Below are positions 11,351 through 26,600 of a stretch of DNA of 64,000 nucleotides, piece by piece. The position numbers and the translations under genes were made by a program. The notes under the pieces are model-generated. The model saw nothing but the letters and a program-made list of their open reading frames with translations, did not search any database and had not been told where the DNA came from. This stretch comes from Monocercomonoides exilis PA203. Lineage: Eukaryota; Protista; Preaxostyla. Location of the stretch: contig LSRY02000024.1 of the NCBI GenBank assembly GCA_001643675.2, forward strand, positions 992,001 through 1,056,000. Direction: 5' to 3'. How positions within the stretch are numbered: position 1 is the first letter of the stretch; each line of letters opens with the position of its first letter.

Positions 11351-12028
11351 TATAGTGCAAAAATGAAATAAGAACAGAATAATATGAAAAAAATATGGGT
11401 CTTTTTGGAAAAAGTAAATATCTTTATCTGTTTCGTTAGGAACTCATTTTCTCAAAATGTTTTGTTCTCATTCATTTTTAATGTTGAACGATTCAACAAT
11501 CGATGTTTGTTCAAGAGCGTTTTTATGCGATAGGAATAGTCGGTTCATGTACACATTATTTCAAAGTATTTAAAAAAAAAATAACATTCAATTTATAATA
11601 TTTTCTTAATGGAGTAGGAATAAAAGTCAAATAAAATACAATTCTCAAAACGGCAAATCATTCATTTTTGTTTGTTATGAATGTTTACAAAAATACTCAT
11701 TTCAAAAGCATGACTATATTTCATCCGTCTTTCGAAAAAAAAAAAAAGTATTTATAATTCAGCCGAAAATTACAAATTGGTAAAAAATAATTCAAGTTCA
11801 ACTCTAAAGGAAAATATGCAAACTTGATAAGAGTAAACATAACAAAAAATGAAATACATTTCCTCAACATTTTCCATTTGCTAAATCATTTATTAGAAAA
11901 TGAAAACGATCAAGTTCACATGCCAGTCATGTAATAATCAATTAAATAAAGTCAATTAAAAATAAATTACCATTTACAAATATAACTTTAAGTATTCTTC
12001 GCTCTCAAAAGAAAAATATATAAAAAAT

Positions 12029-15000
12029 TTAAATGTCCTTGCCTTGTAAAGATTCATCCGTCAATGAAGAAGATGAAGAAGGCATAGACATATTCGGTGC
12101 TGATTCTATTGATGGTTGTTCAGAGGATGCAGTATTAGAAGAGGAAGAAGTTAATACTTGCATTGATTTTTCTTCAATAAAGTTCATTGTTTCTTCATCG
12201 GGAAGAATTTCAGAAGCAACAGGATAAGAATCAATAAGCTGGCTATTATCTCCCATGAGGGATGTTTTATCATCTTCTGAGTCATCTTTCGCAACATCAC
12301 CTCTTTTACGATTTCTCCTGCTTGAGGTTCTCATTTGACGCGAATGAGTTGTTGCATTAATATTTTGGATTCTTTCAAATATTTTGATGCCAAGCACCTT
12401 TGTCAGAATAAACCAACACATCACAGCAGCCAAAATTACTCCAACAGATATTGCAGATGCAACAATTGCAATAAGAAGAGGCTTAGAGAATACCCCCCCG
12501 AACATTTTATGATTGTAGATTTTTGCAATGACCATTGATGAATCACGAATTTTCTCTTGTAAATTTGCTCCGTCTCCCAAATATAACAGCCTTGCCCCCC
12601 AACCTTGATTGCTTTTTAAAAGCACATTTTCATCAATTCTCGAAATAGCTAAGTTCTCGTTTTTCACTTCCAATGACGTCAATGTTAAACGCTGCGATTC
12701 ATCATATATTGGCTTTGTTCCATTCGAAAATAACTGAACGATAGGCACAAGCTCTGCTTGCAATTTGCACGGATAAAAATGTTCACCATTAAAATGGACA
12801 ACATACGTTTTGTCTTTCGTTGATTTGCTGATGTTGCAAGTTGAAAGCAGCGGAACAAAAAATGATGATGCTTTTGGCAAGGCTTTTGATATTTTTGAAG
12901 CTTTTGAAGCCTCATACACACTCCAATCGCTAGTTTCACCAGCGATCTTATTTGCGCTCTCTTCAGGCTTATTGCTTCTAAGGTTCCAGATAGTCCAACA
13001 TGATTCGTCAGCAAACAGCCAGAAATTCTTCTCAGCTGTTCCCTTTTCAATATCGTCCTTTGTCGCAGCTCCGTCACTGCCGCTTTTCAGACTCTTCACA
13101 GTTACTTTCCCTCCTTCCACGCACATCACATTTCTCCGACTGTGTGGGAAATATGCTTTTGCATCTTCGTTACCAAATGCAGCAGTATTGTTGGAAAAGG
13201 CGCAATCAGAGAGGGAAACATCGCTCCCGTCAATAAACAATCCTCCAACTCCGCTTCCAAAGAAAGATACAGATTCCAAATTGGCAATGCTATGCAGGAG
13301 TTTCACATCTCCACCAGACCAAAAGCAAGCAGGAGAATCTTCATTCAAAAGAGATCGATCAAAAGATAAAGTTGAAGGATAAAGAAAAGAAGCAGCGGTA
13401 GAAGAGGAATACATAGAGAAAGAAGAAGATTGCCTTTGTGACTCGCCAAATGAAGTGTCTTTTATTTGAACATTACATTCGTTCACCCAAAGTGATGCTG
13501 CTACTGTGCCGCAACACGTCAGCGAGCGAGTAAACGTACAGTTTTCAACTGAAACAGAGGACACATATTTTATCATTGTCCCGACGGTTGTCGGAAGCTC
13601 ACCATCAATAGCAATAACACCAGAACCAAAAATAGTGCTTTGAACATTGCCAGAAAACCCGCAAGATACAAACAAAGAAGATGCGATAATCACAGATGGA
13701 GGGTGAAGAGACAGTTGAGCCGAAGAAGGAGGAAACAACTTTACAGTCATTATCGAAGAAACTGAAGTGTTAGACATTGAGTCATAATTAGAATTGGTAG
13801 TAGATGAGGAAATAGAGTTTGTAATGTTCGCCCATGACGTGTTGGAAAGCGTTATGCTCAACGCTTTTTGGACAACAATAGCAGACACCATAAAGCGATC
13901 AGACAGATAGTGGATATTTGAGCAGGTTGTATTTTCAAATTTTATTGTTGCACCGTCGTCTACATACAAAAATGGCGAGTCAAACAACGCATCGTTGGCA
14001 AAAGATTCCTTTGCTGTCAAAAAAGAACAAGATTCAAGCAATTGTTGTGGGACTTTATTCAGAATGGCGCAATTGGTAAGTGTAAGAGAAGATGATCGCT
14101 CCACCAAAAGCATTGCCTTGAACACAAAGCCAGAGGCAGGATGAAGCAGCCCAAGATCTTTCAGCACAACCATTCCGACTTCTGATCTAAGTAAAGCCTG
14201 AATCGAAGGACTGCCCGATTCCCTCTCCACAGCAAGAACAACATTCTCCCCTTTCCCCCCGCTTCCCTCAAGCGACAGAATCTTAGTCTTCACATTGATC
14301 ATCTTGCTGTAGCTAAACAGCCCTGGCAGAAGAGTCAGTTGAATGCTAAATCGAGTCTCATCCAATGCAAACTGAATCGTCTTGCACGGATGTTTCGCCA
14401 CCTGCGATTCACCCGAAATGCACGTTGCATCATCGGCACTTTCAACTGCTGCTTCAGCAGGCGCTGTCGCTACGATTTGAGCGTGGTCCATTTTTTCGCT
14501 GATTTTGTACACAAAGCAAGAAACATCAATGCCCTTTTCGTCTTCCTCGCTTGTAAATGAAGAAATCTCACCCAAACAAAAGCTCGGTGAAGTTGAGTTC
14601 GAGCTGCAATTATTAATCAAACGCTCCGAGTAAATTGCAAGATATGAGCTCAAATGGGACGGATCTGAATCAAACACGTCATTCCCCGCAAAGTACTTTT
14701 GGTTAACTTCGCTGAATTTGCTTTCCTTTTGGTTGAATATTTTGTCATCTTCCTGTTCCGATGTTTCGTTCATTCCTTCTGAATTTATAAGCAACTCACT
14801 TTCAATAAAGCATCTTGCCGCTCCGCAACCCGTAAATGCTGTGTTCGATGCAACTAGTGGCATTGAATGGAACAAGTGAATAGCACCTCCTCTTCCTCTA
14901 CTTGCATGTGTTGCCATGCAACAGTCAAAAGAACAATTTTCAAAGCTAATTGCCTTTTCAGAACCTGAAATAAACACTCCACCGCCTCCGCAGCCAGCAG

Positions 15001-18000
15001 TGCAGTTGAATATATAGCAAGAGATAATGGCTGATTCATTGTCTTCTCGGCTTGCCAGAGGCATCGATGCTATTAATGACAGCCCTCCCCCGACACTCAA
15101 TTCTGCGGATGATATTTCTTCCATATTACATACATAATTAGAATGCTGGTTTTGCACATTGCTTTCGCTTGATCCTGAACCCGAATTCGTTGTTGCGAAA
15201 GAACTTATAGAACTCTGTTGCATATGACTTTCTCTTGCCAATATTTTATTTGCTTCAAAAGAAGATAATAGATATCTTCTGTTATCATTACTCGAAGAAT
15301 GCGATGAAGAGCCAGCAAAGCACGAATGGAATGAAGAGTTTTCAATTACAAATTCGCATCCGTCCATCATTATTCCTCCACCTGTGCAACTTGAAGTGCA
15401 TTCATGAACAGAAATTGTATCCAAAACGCATCTGCAACCTGAAAAATGTAACGCTCCACCAAAAACAGCAAGGGAAGGATCAGGATTTGGCAAATTAAAT
15501 TTATATCCTTCCGAGGCATGCACTTTAACATTATGGCTACATTCATTTCTCCTGGCACCATCAATGTCATTTGAAGTAACAGAGCATCTAATGAAAGAAG
15601 AATCCTTGATGAAGATAAGTGTATTTGTAGCATTTAAAGCACCACCAGTGAGAGATGCAGTATTGTTGGTAAATCTGCATTTATGAATATGCAGCTCAAA
15701 ACGTCCAATGGCACAAACGCAGCTGCCGCTACCACTTGAAATGACTGGAAGTGAATTACTTGGCGAATTTGGACGATGAGATGAGGAAGGAGATGGCAAT
15801 GATAACGAAGATGAAGATGAAGACGAAGACGAAGGCAGCGAAATGACTTCAGATTTGGATGCAGAATGACTTGGAGGATCGAATGCAACTGTCTGAGATG
15901 GAGTGGTGCAATCAGTAAAGTTGCATTCAGATAAATTTACAGAAGACAAAGTGCTGTTGAATTCCAGCACAATAGCTCCTCCAACATTCAGCGCATCAAA
16001 TTGAGTCACTTCCTCGTTCTGAGTTTCTTTTTCGTCTTGGTTGCAAGAAATCAGTTTATTAGAAGCTTCTTGAAGCTTGCGACAAGAAGAAATGGAAAAA
16101 TCATTAAAAAATGAAGCAATTTTTGTGAAGTTACATGAATTAATAGAATAGTTTGCATGCTCATCGTTTTTGGCTATGATATGAAGAAGTGGAGCAAATG
16201 ACTGTATGGAAGACTTTGATAGGACAGATGAAGTCAAGACAACAGAAGATGAAGCATTCACTGATGCATCATTTGAATTACCATTAGAATTTGAATGAGA
16301 AGAAAAAGGCTTAATTAAACTGGTGTCTTTCTGTTTCTTTAGCAATGGATGTGTCTTATTGATGTCTGAAAAATGAGTGTGTGCCATTGAGAATTGTGTG
16401 TTATTGCTAATCACAATTACACCACCTTCACCGTTGAAGGTATTCATCCGAGTGAAATTGCACGATTCGATTGTAATTCTGCCGTTCGTAGCCAAAAGAA
16501 ACACATTTTGCAAGGGATCATCGTTCGACGAAGACAAAGTAGAATAAGAAAATGCTGAAGATGATGCTTGCAAAGGCAATGCAAATACATTACCAGTAGA
16601 GCTCGAAAAAGTATTATTTTCAAATAATTTGCGTGAATTCTGGAAAGATTGCATCATGAAACTTACAGACGATATAAAACAGTGATTCAATTCCAAAAAT
16701 GCTTGCTGTTCAACTAATATAAAAGTGAAAGACTTTCCACCAAATTTGCGAACCAACGAGATGTTCTCAAATTTCATTTGGACGTTTCTTCCAACATAAA
16801 ACATTACACAAGGCTCATCATCATTTGAAGACGCAGCTGTTGCATCGCTGTTGCGCACTGATTTTGCAGGCAAATGCTTTGTGGAGATAAGCTCAGACCT
16901 GTACTTCACTTGTTCACTATTGCTTTGAATAAAAACAGAAACAAGTTCCTCTGGCTGTTCAGGATCGCTTTCAAACGATGCGTTCAACTGGCAACGCTCA
17001 TCACACAGCATTCCATGCATCACTTTCAATGTGATTGTACTAATCTGATTCATTTCGTTATCAAATTTATTTTTCCCAGAAAACAACTCTTCTTTTTCGT
17101 CTCTTCCATTCTCATTTATCATCGTATTTTCATTCAATATTCCTTTCTCTTTTTTAGTAACTCTCGAATCCCAGGCAAATTGCATCGTTAAACAAGGATG
17201 TTCTTCGTTAACACCGCAACCATCGTAGTCCTCTCCTTTCACGCTTTCCCCCCCTCCAGTCGCTCCAATCAGAAAAGTTGTCTGCTTTTTTCGATCTGCT
17301 CCCAGCAAGCCTTTCACTTCCTTCTCTGATCCATCCTTTGCTCTAACCACAAAGCGTGGAGCTGAAGAAGACGAAAAGCAATCTGAAACTGTTTCCTTTG
17401 TCCAATAATCGCAATGAGTAACGCACATATCATGGAAATCGCTGGCTCCGTTATTTTCTTTAGCAGCAACGTTAGCTTTGAACGAAACATTCGCTAAGCG
17501 GCTTTTTCCTGCTGCTCGTTCTCCGTTGAAGATGGCACCACCCCTTGCTTGGTTATTGTTGGAATGCTCATCAAAAGATAGAAAAGCTGAATCAGAAAAA
17601 GAAGAAGGACTCGATATTGAAGATGGAATAATTTCATGCTTTAATTCTGCACTTGGATAAATTTCATTCTTAGCTGTTTTCCATTCATCCATTTTGTTGC
17701 TTCGCTCTTGTCCAATACCTGCTTTGCAGCTTGAAAACAAGCATTGTTCAATCGAAAACATCCCTTCTCTGGACTCGAAATACAGCCCACCTCCGTTCCC
17801 TTCAGCAGATGTGCATTCCTTGATTTCACTGCCTTTCATAATCAATGTTCCTGAATTGTCCGATACATATATACCACCTCCACCTCTACAAGCAGTGCAA
17901 TTTGCAATCACACACTGCTCAATAGTCAAATAGCAATTGCGCACAAAGATAGCTCCACCACAATGACTAAAGTCATTTGAAATTGTTGCTGCTGCAAAAT

Positions 18001-19436
18001 CAGATTTAGTTACAAGCGATTTCGATGTCAAGTCGGGAGAATAAGAAAGAAAAGCAGAAGAGCCCATGCGATCAGCAGTGCAATCAGATATATAGCATCT
18101 TGATATGCTCGCATTTGTGCGGGTATTTGCTGTCATAATTGCAACAGCTGCACCCATAGAAGCACAAGAAGAAGAGAATATACAATCCTCGATGCCCAAT
18201 GACATTTTCACCGCACCCTTATCTTCTTCCCCCTTTTCTTCTTCATCAACAACAGCAATGCAACCTCCAGATGATTCAACGTAGTGCTCTGTGCATCCTT
18301 TGAAGCTACACATTGCTATTTTCGCAACAGATGCTTCTTTCAAAGAACTTCTAATCAAAACACATCCACCGCGAACACTTCCGCTTAACTGTTGGAACAC
18401 TGATTGAAATATGGCTAATTGTGGGCATTTTCCAAACACAAAGATCGATGAACGATAAGAGGAAACACCAAAATTAAAAAGGCTGTCATAAATTTCTGCG
18501 GCAAAGCCTTCAACGAAAAATAAGCTTCCTTCATCTTTGCTTAAAATGCAACATGAATCCACTTTTGTGTTTTTCATTTTGAACTCTGGAGTTGATTTGC
18601 TTGATCCATTGACTTTCAGATTCATAAATGCTCCTTCAAGACGGCCGTTTAATGCCAAAGTGCAATGATTCACATTGCAATGATCAATGATAACTGAATT
18701 GTTAAAATTGTTATCATCTAATGACTGACTTTGTGAGCTTACCAGAAGCGGAGCATTCTTTCCCTGAATATATGAAAACGTTACAACGTCAAGGGAAACA
18801 TTGCCGCGGGTCGAATTAATTTCCAAACACGATGCTGAATCTAAATTGAGGTTAAAGATGGACACAGATTTTAAACTGATTGAAGATCTGTCTTTAGCAT
18901 TTATCAGCGATGATTTTAGCAATACAGGATCAAATGTTGACGATATCGCGCAATTTTCAAGCTGAAGATTTGATTCCTTTGTCAAACAGAACAAATTCTT
19001 TTCGTAGGATTCCAAAAGACATTGAAAGAATAAAGATATTTCTGAGATTACGAGGGTGCAACCTTCGATATTGATAAAAATTTCTTGAGTGTTATTATAA
19101 ATAAGTGATGACTCGTTTTGGTGTCCGGCAATCTTTAAATATTCTTAAAAAAAAGAATAAAAATATGGAATATTTTTGATTAAAAGAATAACACAAACTT
19201 TTAATGGACAAGGGCTGTTCTCCATATGATGAAGGCAGTATTTTAATGGATTCTGCATCGGCATGATGCTTTAATGCACTGGAAATAGAAGGGCAAGGCT
19301 GATTTTCATTAATTCCACAATTATCAGTGTCATTTCCGAGTGGAGATACATAAATACTGCTTTTTTGTGGATCGTTGAAACAGTTAGTGGAGCAGATGTG
19401 CTGTAAAAGCACAAGGAAGCAAAAAAAGGCACTCAT
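12029..19436 (-). CDS. Giant single-pass surface protein (~2450 aa) with right-handed beta-helix (pectin-lyase-like / Pmp-like GGA) repeats; 2 exons
   Basis: Signal-peptide-like start MSAFFCFLVLLQHICS at 19436. A GT-AG intron at 19198-19144 joins exon 1 in frame to the 2328-aa ORF. Repeated GGA(I/L)x and FxxC motifs, CGxxxxPC caps, TM LLIAIVASAISVGVILAAVMCWFIL, and a short acidic/Ser cytoplasmic tail. Confidence 0.85.
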
Positions 19437-20603
19437 ATTTTTCAATTGATTCACAAATGGTTAAAGATCAGAACTTTCAACATTTATTGAAATAAAGAAT
19501 AGATCAATAAAAAAACAAATGGATCAACAAATCCAGTAATGAAAAAGAATAATTTGTTTTTTTTAATATTTTCTCTTAGTTTTTCTTCGAAAATAATAGA
19601 ATATTCTTTTTCTTTTCATCAACTTTTCATTAACCAGATAATTGTGATTTCAAAGTTGTTACTAGTTGGTTTTCTGAGAAACTGTGAACCATATTTTTAT
19701 TCGAATCTTTGTTCAATTTGCTTGTTTTATTCGATTTTTTTTTTGTCATTTTTTCATATAACTTTCATTCATTCCATTTCAAAGTATTTTAATTTTTTCT
19801 TTGAATTTTTCATAAATTTTTTATTTCTTATATATCAATACAAAATTGTTCAAACTTCAGTTTTTTCATCAGTTCGCAAAAAGATGTGAAATAGTGCAAT
19901 TATTCTATAAAATCACAATTAAAACATAACATCCAAAAAATTACAAAATAAAAGAATAAAAGTTAAAATGAAAGCAAAATAACAAAATACTTATTTCGTT
20001 TTTAGCTTAAATTAGTCACTTCAAAAACATCTTTGGAAAACATGAAAATAAACGATTAATTAAAAGATAGTTAGATCGAAAGAAAGTAAAGAAAGCTTTA
20101 GAAATATTCTAATAATATTATTAATGTCCGATATAAAAGATGTCCAATTGTACAACTGTCATCGTGTAACTGATTGTTGCAAACGCTGCGATTTACCCTT
20201 GTTGACGAGTGCAATAAATTCATGAAAGAGCAAAAACATTTCACTTCAAATAAAACTCCTTTGATTTTTTTTTAAATTTCTTTTCTTTTCTTTTCTTTTC
20301 TTTTCTTTTAGCTTTTCCTCCCTATTATTCAAAGTTACAATTACCTCTAAACATTAACAGAATAATATATCACTTTGTCTACCCGTCCGTTTCGTCTGCT
20401 TCAGTTTTGCTGGCTTGTCCTTCGTTTGCATTTGCCGCCATTTCTGTCTCCTTTTCATTCGAATCTTTTCCTTTGCTCACTTTCTTCTTCTTCTTTTTGG
20501 ATTTCTTTTTGCTGCCATTTGGCTTTCCAACGTTTTCATCCTGTTCTTTTGAAGCAGCTGTTGATGGCCTTTTCGCTTTTAACTGGCTGAAATCAGTTGT
20601 TGC

Positions 20604-23600
20604 CTAAAGCCGCAGAAGCTGCTCTGCTTCTTCATCAGTTGTCTCCATTTTCTCTGTTCGTTCCTGTCTTCCTGCCGCTCCATTTCCTGTTCTGGCTGCA
20701 TTTTGCGAGCGAAGAGAAGAAGATGCGAAAGATGTGTTTGAGTTATCTTGCGCTCCACTTGTGGATGTTCCATCTTCATTTTCGTCATTTTCAGGCATGC
20801 TGTTCAAAACAGTCTCCAAATCATCGATGCCAACGAGAGTTGAAAGCATCTCATTTGGATCGGATGCACGTTTCAAGGGATTCGTGGCAAAAGATTGGGA
20901 TGATGACAAAGAAGAAGAGGACGTAGGTGTGTATACTGAAAATGTGGTAGAAACAAAAGGTGATGAAGTGCTTCTCATTGAAGGAGGACGAGAAGAAGCA
21001 GTTGGCGTGTATGAATACGACGACAAAGGCGAAGTCAAAGGGAAATACTGCGAGGTGGCTGAAGCAGACAACTTGGATGACGAAGAGGCAGAAGAGGCAG
21101 AAGAGGCAGAAGAGGCAGAAGAGGCAGAAGACATTGAAGAAGGAGAGCGGTTGAACTGTTGCTGACCAGTCGGATAGATACGTTCAGGTGTGGAAGAAGA
21201 GAGCGACTGGCGACTGCTGGCTGAAGACGAAGCTGCTCGTGGCGGCTCTTCCATCAGCCTCATCTGCTCGGCAGAGGGCGCTGTGAAGTATGTGTTTGTG
21301 TTCAGAGGCATTCCTGAAGGATTCGCAGACTGTGCCTCATATTGTGCATCGTCAAGAAGTTCGTCTATTTCGTTTATTCCGACTATTCCTATGATGTTGT
21401 TTCCGTTTGCATCACCTTCCTCCACATCGTCGAATATCACGCCTTCTTCTTCGATCCTCCGCTTCTTCATCTGCTTTTCGTATCTCAGCTTCTGGCTCAC
21501 CATCTCTGCCACCAGCACAAGCAGCTTTTCTCTCGCCTCGCTTGTCAGCTTCAGCTTCTTTCGCTGCTTCTTTTGGGATTCGTCCTTCTCTTTTGAGTTT
21601 GAGCCCTTTTTGTCCTTCTTCTTTCTGTTTCTTTTGTTTTTGTGTTTGTTTGTTGTGCGTCCTTCAATCCCTTCTTCCTCTTCCTCTTCTTCGTCTTCTT
21701 CTTCGCTTTCACTTTCGCTACTGTCATCATCCGTATCTGATTCGTCATCTTCATCTTCATCATCGTCTTCCTCTTCTTCCACAATCTCATCAACTTCTTC
21801 GCCAAATTCATTCAAATGCACATATGTTTCGGCATCAACCATCTCAACAGATTTTAGTCTTCTTCCATTACCTTTTGTTATCTTCCTCTTCTTCACCTTC
21901 TTCTTCTTCTTATGCAAATTATCTTCATTGCTTGAAGAGGCGATGTTGAGAGGTGATGGAGATGTCGATGGTGTTCCATCCCTTTCTGTTCTGCGAGGAA
22001 GAAGCTGAGCTTGACTCGACTGGCTGTCTCTTGCATGATCATGCTCAAGTGGATTGTTAGCCGAATCTTCTAATGCAGTTGTGTCATATGCAGACACAAC
22101 AGTGAGCCTGTCTTCATCTCCTATTCTCCCTTCACCATTGTCTAATTCATATTCATATTCATATTCAGAATCGTCATCACCTGCACTCCCATCTCTTCTG
22201 ATAAGCTCGCCTTCTAAGTCCTCGTCATCATCTTGCTCATAAGCCATTCCGCTCTTCTTCTGCTTCTTCTGTTTGTATCTGCACACAACCCACACAACCA
22301 CCACAACCACCACAAACACGACAAACACACTGGACACTACAATCAATGCAATCAGAAGGGTCTTCTCCTGTTGAGAACGGTCAGCTGCGCTGATTGGAGC
22401 AGATGCTGGCTTGATCACAATGAGAGATAGATGATGTACAACAGGCTGAGAGTCAGCGGAACTCGAAGAATAAGAAGGATGTGACTGTTTATAAATGCCA
22501 TTTTGAATCTGTTTGTCAGCATTGACTAAGGCTTCAAAGGCCATTGTTGGATAAGAAGCTCCAGTCCAGTAATTGATTCTAACGGCTATTTCTTCCTCGT
22601 CTGCTGCGTTGTTCAAAAGGGCTGCTGGAATGAATGAATACGCCATGCTTTCGTTTTGGATTGAGCTGAACTTGAATTCTGTTGTGTTTGTGATCACATA
22701 ATTCGATTCATCGGATTCGGTTGAGTGCTTTACTGACAAAACATCAAAAGAAATGTTGCAGGGAATAAGATTACTCCCACAAAACACTATTTTATATTGC
22801 GCTTCATCTTCATTCTGCACTTTTTTCAAGCTCTTTTTTGGTTCTAATGAAAAAGACAAGGATGGACGCAACAAAGAATTTATGTGCTCACTTAAATTTC
22901 TGTCAGTTTCTTCAGATTTTGTTTCCTTTTCGTTGTTCAGTCCATTTCTACTGCTATCTTCCTTTTCTTCTTCTGCTTCTCCATCAACTTCTGTTGATAT
23001 AATCCTTTTTTCTCCATCAAACACATCAATCCGAACAATTGATGGCACAAAAAACAGATTCCCTTTTTCCCCTCTTTTACCGCTAATCTCACAGCCATCA
23101 ATGCTAAACCACAATCCTTCATCAGAAGCGTCTCCCAGATGATTTCGCACTGAATTTATAGTCAGCTTGCCATTGTCTGTGCAGCGCAGATTCTGGCGAA
23201 ACGAAGGGAAGAGATCAGAAGATGAAGATGAAGAAGAAAGAGAAAGAGAATTGGAAGAACAAGATGTGAGGGAAGAAGAAGAAGCATAAAAAGATCCAGA
23301 AATCAAAGCATCATCCACATTGCTCTCAAACAAGCAGTCAGAAATTGTTGCTCTGCCACTTGTGATTGTGATTGCACAGCCTGCAAAATTCCTCAGCTGA
23401 CAAGAAAGGAATGAAGAAGTAGAGTCCTTCAAATATAAAGCAGATCCGCTCCACAAACAGAATTGTTGAGGAGAAGCAGATAAGATAGAAGAGGAAGAAG
23501 GGGAAGAAGAAGTTGGAACATTCAACTTGTTTGCCTGTGGTGATGTTCGTGGACCTTCAAAAACGCAATCCTCAAACAAAACAGATGGCGTATTTGCGAA

Positions 23601-26600
23601 TGAAAACATCTGCCCTTCGTATTGTTGTGAGTTTTTCTGGATCTCCAAAGAAGAAGAAGAAGAAGAAGAAGAAGAAGAATCAGACGAAGCAGCGCTTGTT
23701 TCAATAAAGCGGCAGTTCACAAATTCAAATGGGATGTTTGGTGACTCAGCCATCAAGATAGATGAGTGTGTGGGCGTATCAACAGAAACATCAGAAATGT
23801 TTGTGTATTCCATCTGAAAGATGCTGGAAGACGAGGCAGAAGTCAGATTGATGCGGAAAAGGCCGTTGCTGTTAGTTTTGATACGATTGAAATTGGAGTG
23901 TGAGACAACAACAGGAGAAGAGCATAAGAAGAATGGAGAGTTTTGGAAGGACAATTGTGAAAGTTCTAATGTGCTAAACAATGCTGAGCCTGAATATATT
24001 GTGACAAGTGAGAAATCAAAGAAGGGGATATTAGCAACATGACCATTTAATAAAGAAGCAGAAGCAGAAGATGAAGACGAAAGATAATCCGAAATATGAG
24101 TGAAAGACACGTTAGACAGCGTCAGATTCCTTCCATTCGACGAAATAAACGAAGATGGACCAATCTGCGACGGAAGTGCAAACAAAATTGACTTAACAGT
24201 AAAATTCGATTTCGTTTCGCTCAAAGCAAAGAATCCTCGAACTTCGTTTGGATGCGAAGAAATGCTATTTGATAAAGAAAGCACAGAAGTGTCAATTTTG
24301 ATAGCTGCAAGTTTGTCATCTGCACTTTCTATGACAACATCGTTGAGTGCTCGCTGGCTCTTTGCAGCAGTTGCTTCAGACACGACAATTCTGCTGATGC
24401 TGTTAGAGTTGTCTTCGTTCAGCCAGATGGCATCGAATGAGGCACACGGCGTGTTCCTGTCTCCGCACCATGCTGACTCATCCCCTTCACCTTCACTCAG
24501 CACAACAGTCGAAGATTTGAACACAAATCTGTCAGTCAGACTGAGGTTTGTCAGTGAGCTGTCACTTCTGTCGATGCCATAATACGCAATTGTGCTGTTT
24601 GAAGATGCAAATTTCACGTCAAATTTGGACTTGTTCACTTCTTCGATCTTCGAAGCATTCAGACAGAAATCACATCCCTTTGCAGCAGTATTCTCATCCA
24701 TCACAACGTTCTTCAGTGAATACTCTGCTTCTTTCTCTGTGCCTTCCACCCACAAATAGATCGCTCCTCCATATCCTGAACCATCTGTGCCTGAAGCGCA
24801 TCTACTGAAATAGCAGTCAACAACAGAGAAAACAGAGGCTGATGAAAGCAGAACATGAAGTGCTCCACCTTTGGCGTCTGCAGAAGTGGCATAGCATTGT
24901 AATATTTGGCAGTCTGAGACAAGTAGAGTGTTCTTACCAGAATCTGCACTTGGCAAAAGAGAGGCAAATACACAACTGCCATTAGCTCCATTCTGAACGA
25001 CAAAGTGCATAAGAAGATGAGACAATGAAGAAGAGAGGCAGTTGCTTAAGTGAAGAAAAGAGGAAGAAGGAGAGGAATATGTTTCGATGGAGGAGTGAGT
25101 GAGGCTGAAGGAAGAGAGATCTTTGCAATGGATGAAGCCATCTGATGAAAGTGTTGAAATGATGAAGATAGTCATTCGGGAAAGAGTTACAGATGTGTCA
25201 AGTGCATTGGTTGCAGAAGGTGAACTATAAGTCAAATAAGAAGAAGAAGAAGAAGAAGAAGCAGTAGTAGAAGCAGTAGTATTAGAGAAGGAAGAAGAAG
25301 AAAGAGAAGTTGAATCTGTTGTAGGGTTGCCATTTGCGTAAATGAAGTAATGTCCGTTGTTGAAATGCATCGCATCAACATCAAATTTGTCTAATTCAAG
25401 TTGTGCAGATGGCAACACACAGAAGCATGTGAATTCAACAAGATTGCAGTAATCCATTACGAATACTCCACAATCAGTCATCTTCACAAGTGTTTGAGGG
25501 GAAACACCAAAAAGAACAGAAAAGGGCTGAATGGAGGAGTTTAATGAGATGTAAATTCCCTGAAAGAGAGCAGATGAGCGGATGTCAATGAGAAAATCAG
25601 ATAAAGAAGGGGAAGAGAATGAGGAGGAAGAAGTAAAGGAGGAGGATGGCGTATATTCAGGATAAATCAGCAAAGAGCTGAAATTCAGTATTGATCCATC
25701 CAGCCTTTTTATTTCTCTGCTAACAACTTTGAAATCAAAGAGCTCTTCGTCGTTGTGCCGATGATGATGCAAGATTGAAGAAGAAGAAGAAGAAGAAGAT
25801 GATGATGATGATGACTGAATCAAACAATAGCCATATTGCTCGCATTCTCCATAAACACCAATTGTTCGTGTATTTATATCAGCTGCTGCTTCAAACGAAG
25901 AATGCATTGAAGACTGTGAAGAAACAGAATTCGAAGAGGAAGAGGAAGAAGAAGAGGAAGAGGAAGAAGAAAAACGAGTGAGGGCATATGCCAACGACTT
26001 ACAAGGCATTTGCTCGAATCCACATCCCTTGCTGTCATAAGACGTATTCTTTCCTCCCACCCTCACCTCATTTTGGAGGTGCATATGGAAATAAAGCAGC
26101 GATATCAGCGTGTCATTTGCATAGCTGTTGTCAAAACCAGCATAGTCGTTCAATTTGAATGAGGAGATGTCCAAATTGGGGTTGATGAAGTTGAGCACTG
26201 AGCTGTCTGGAATAACATCACTCATGTTTGTGCTGACAATAAACAGATTCGTTCCGAATGTTGCCGTGTTGGACGAGAAACTTGCAGAAGACGAAAAATG
26301 AAGGAATGAAGACAAAAGCTCAGATGCAAATGAATCAGAAAATGGACGAGAAGAAGAAGAGAAACGATTATTGGAAGAATGTGATGAAGATCTTGATGAA
26401 CTCTTCAAATAATCTGAGTTTCCATTTCTGTTCTGAGAGATTGGCTCCTCTGTCTGCTGGATGATACACACAGCTCCTCCAAATGATTGATGACTTTCTG
26501 TCTCAGAAGCAGTGCACATTGTGAATGAAGTTTGATTAACTGAAAGAGAGAACTGAAGCGATACGGCAGAGGAAAGAGAAGAAGGCTCGGGAATCAGCAC

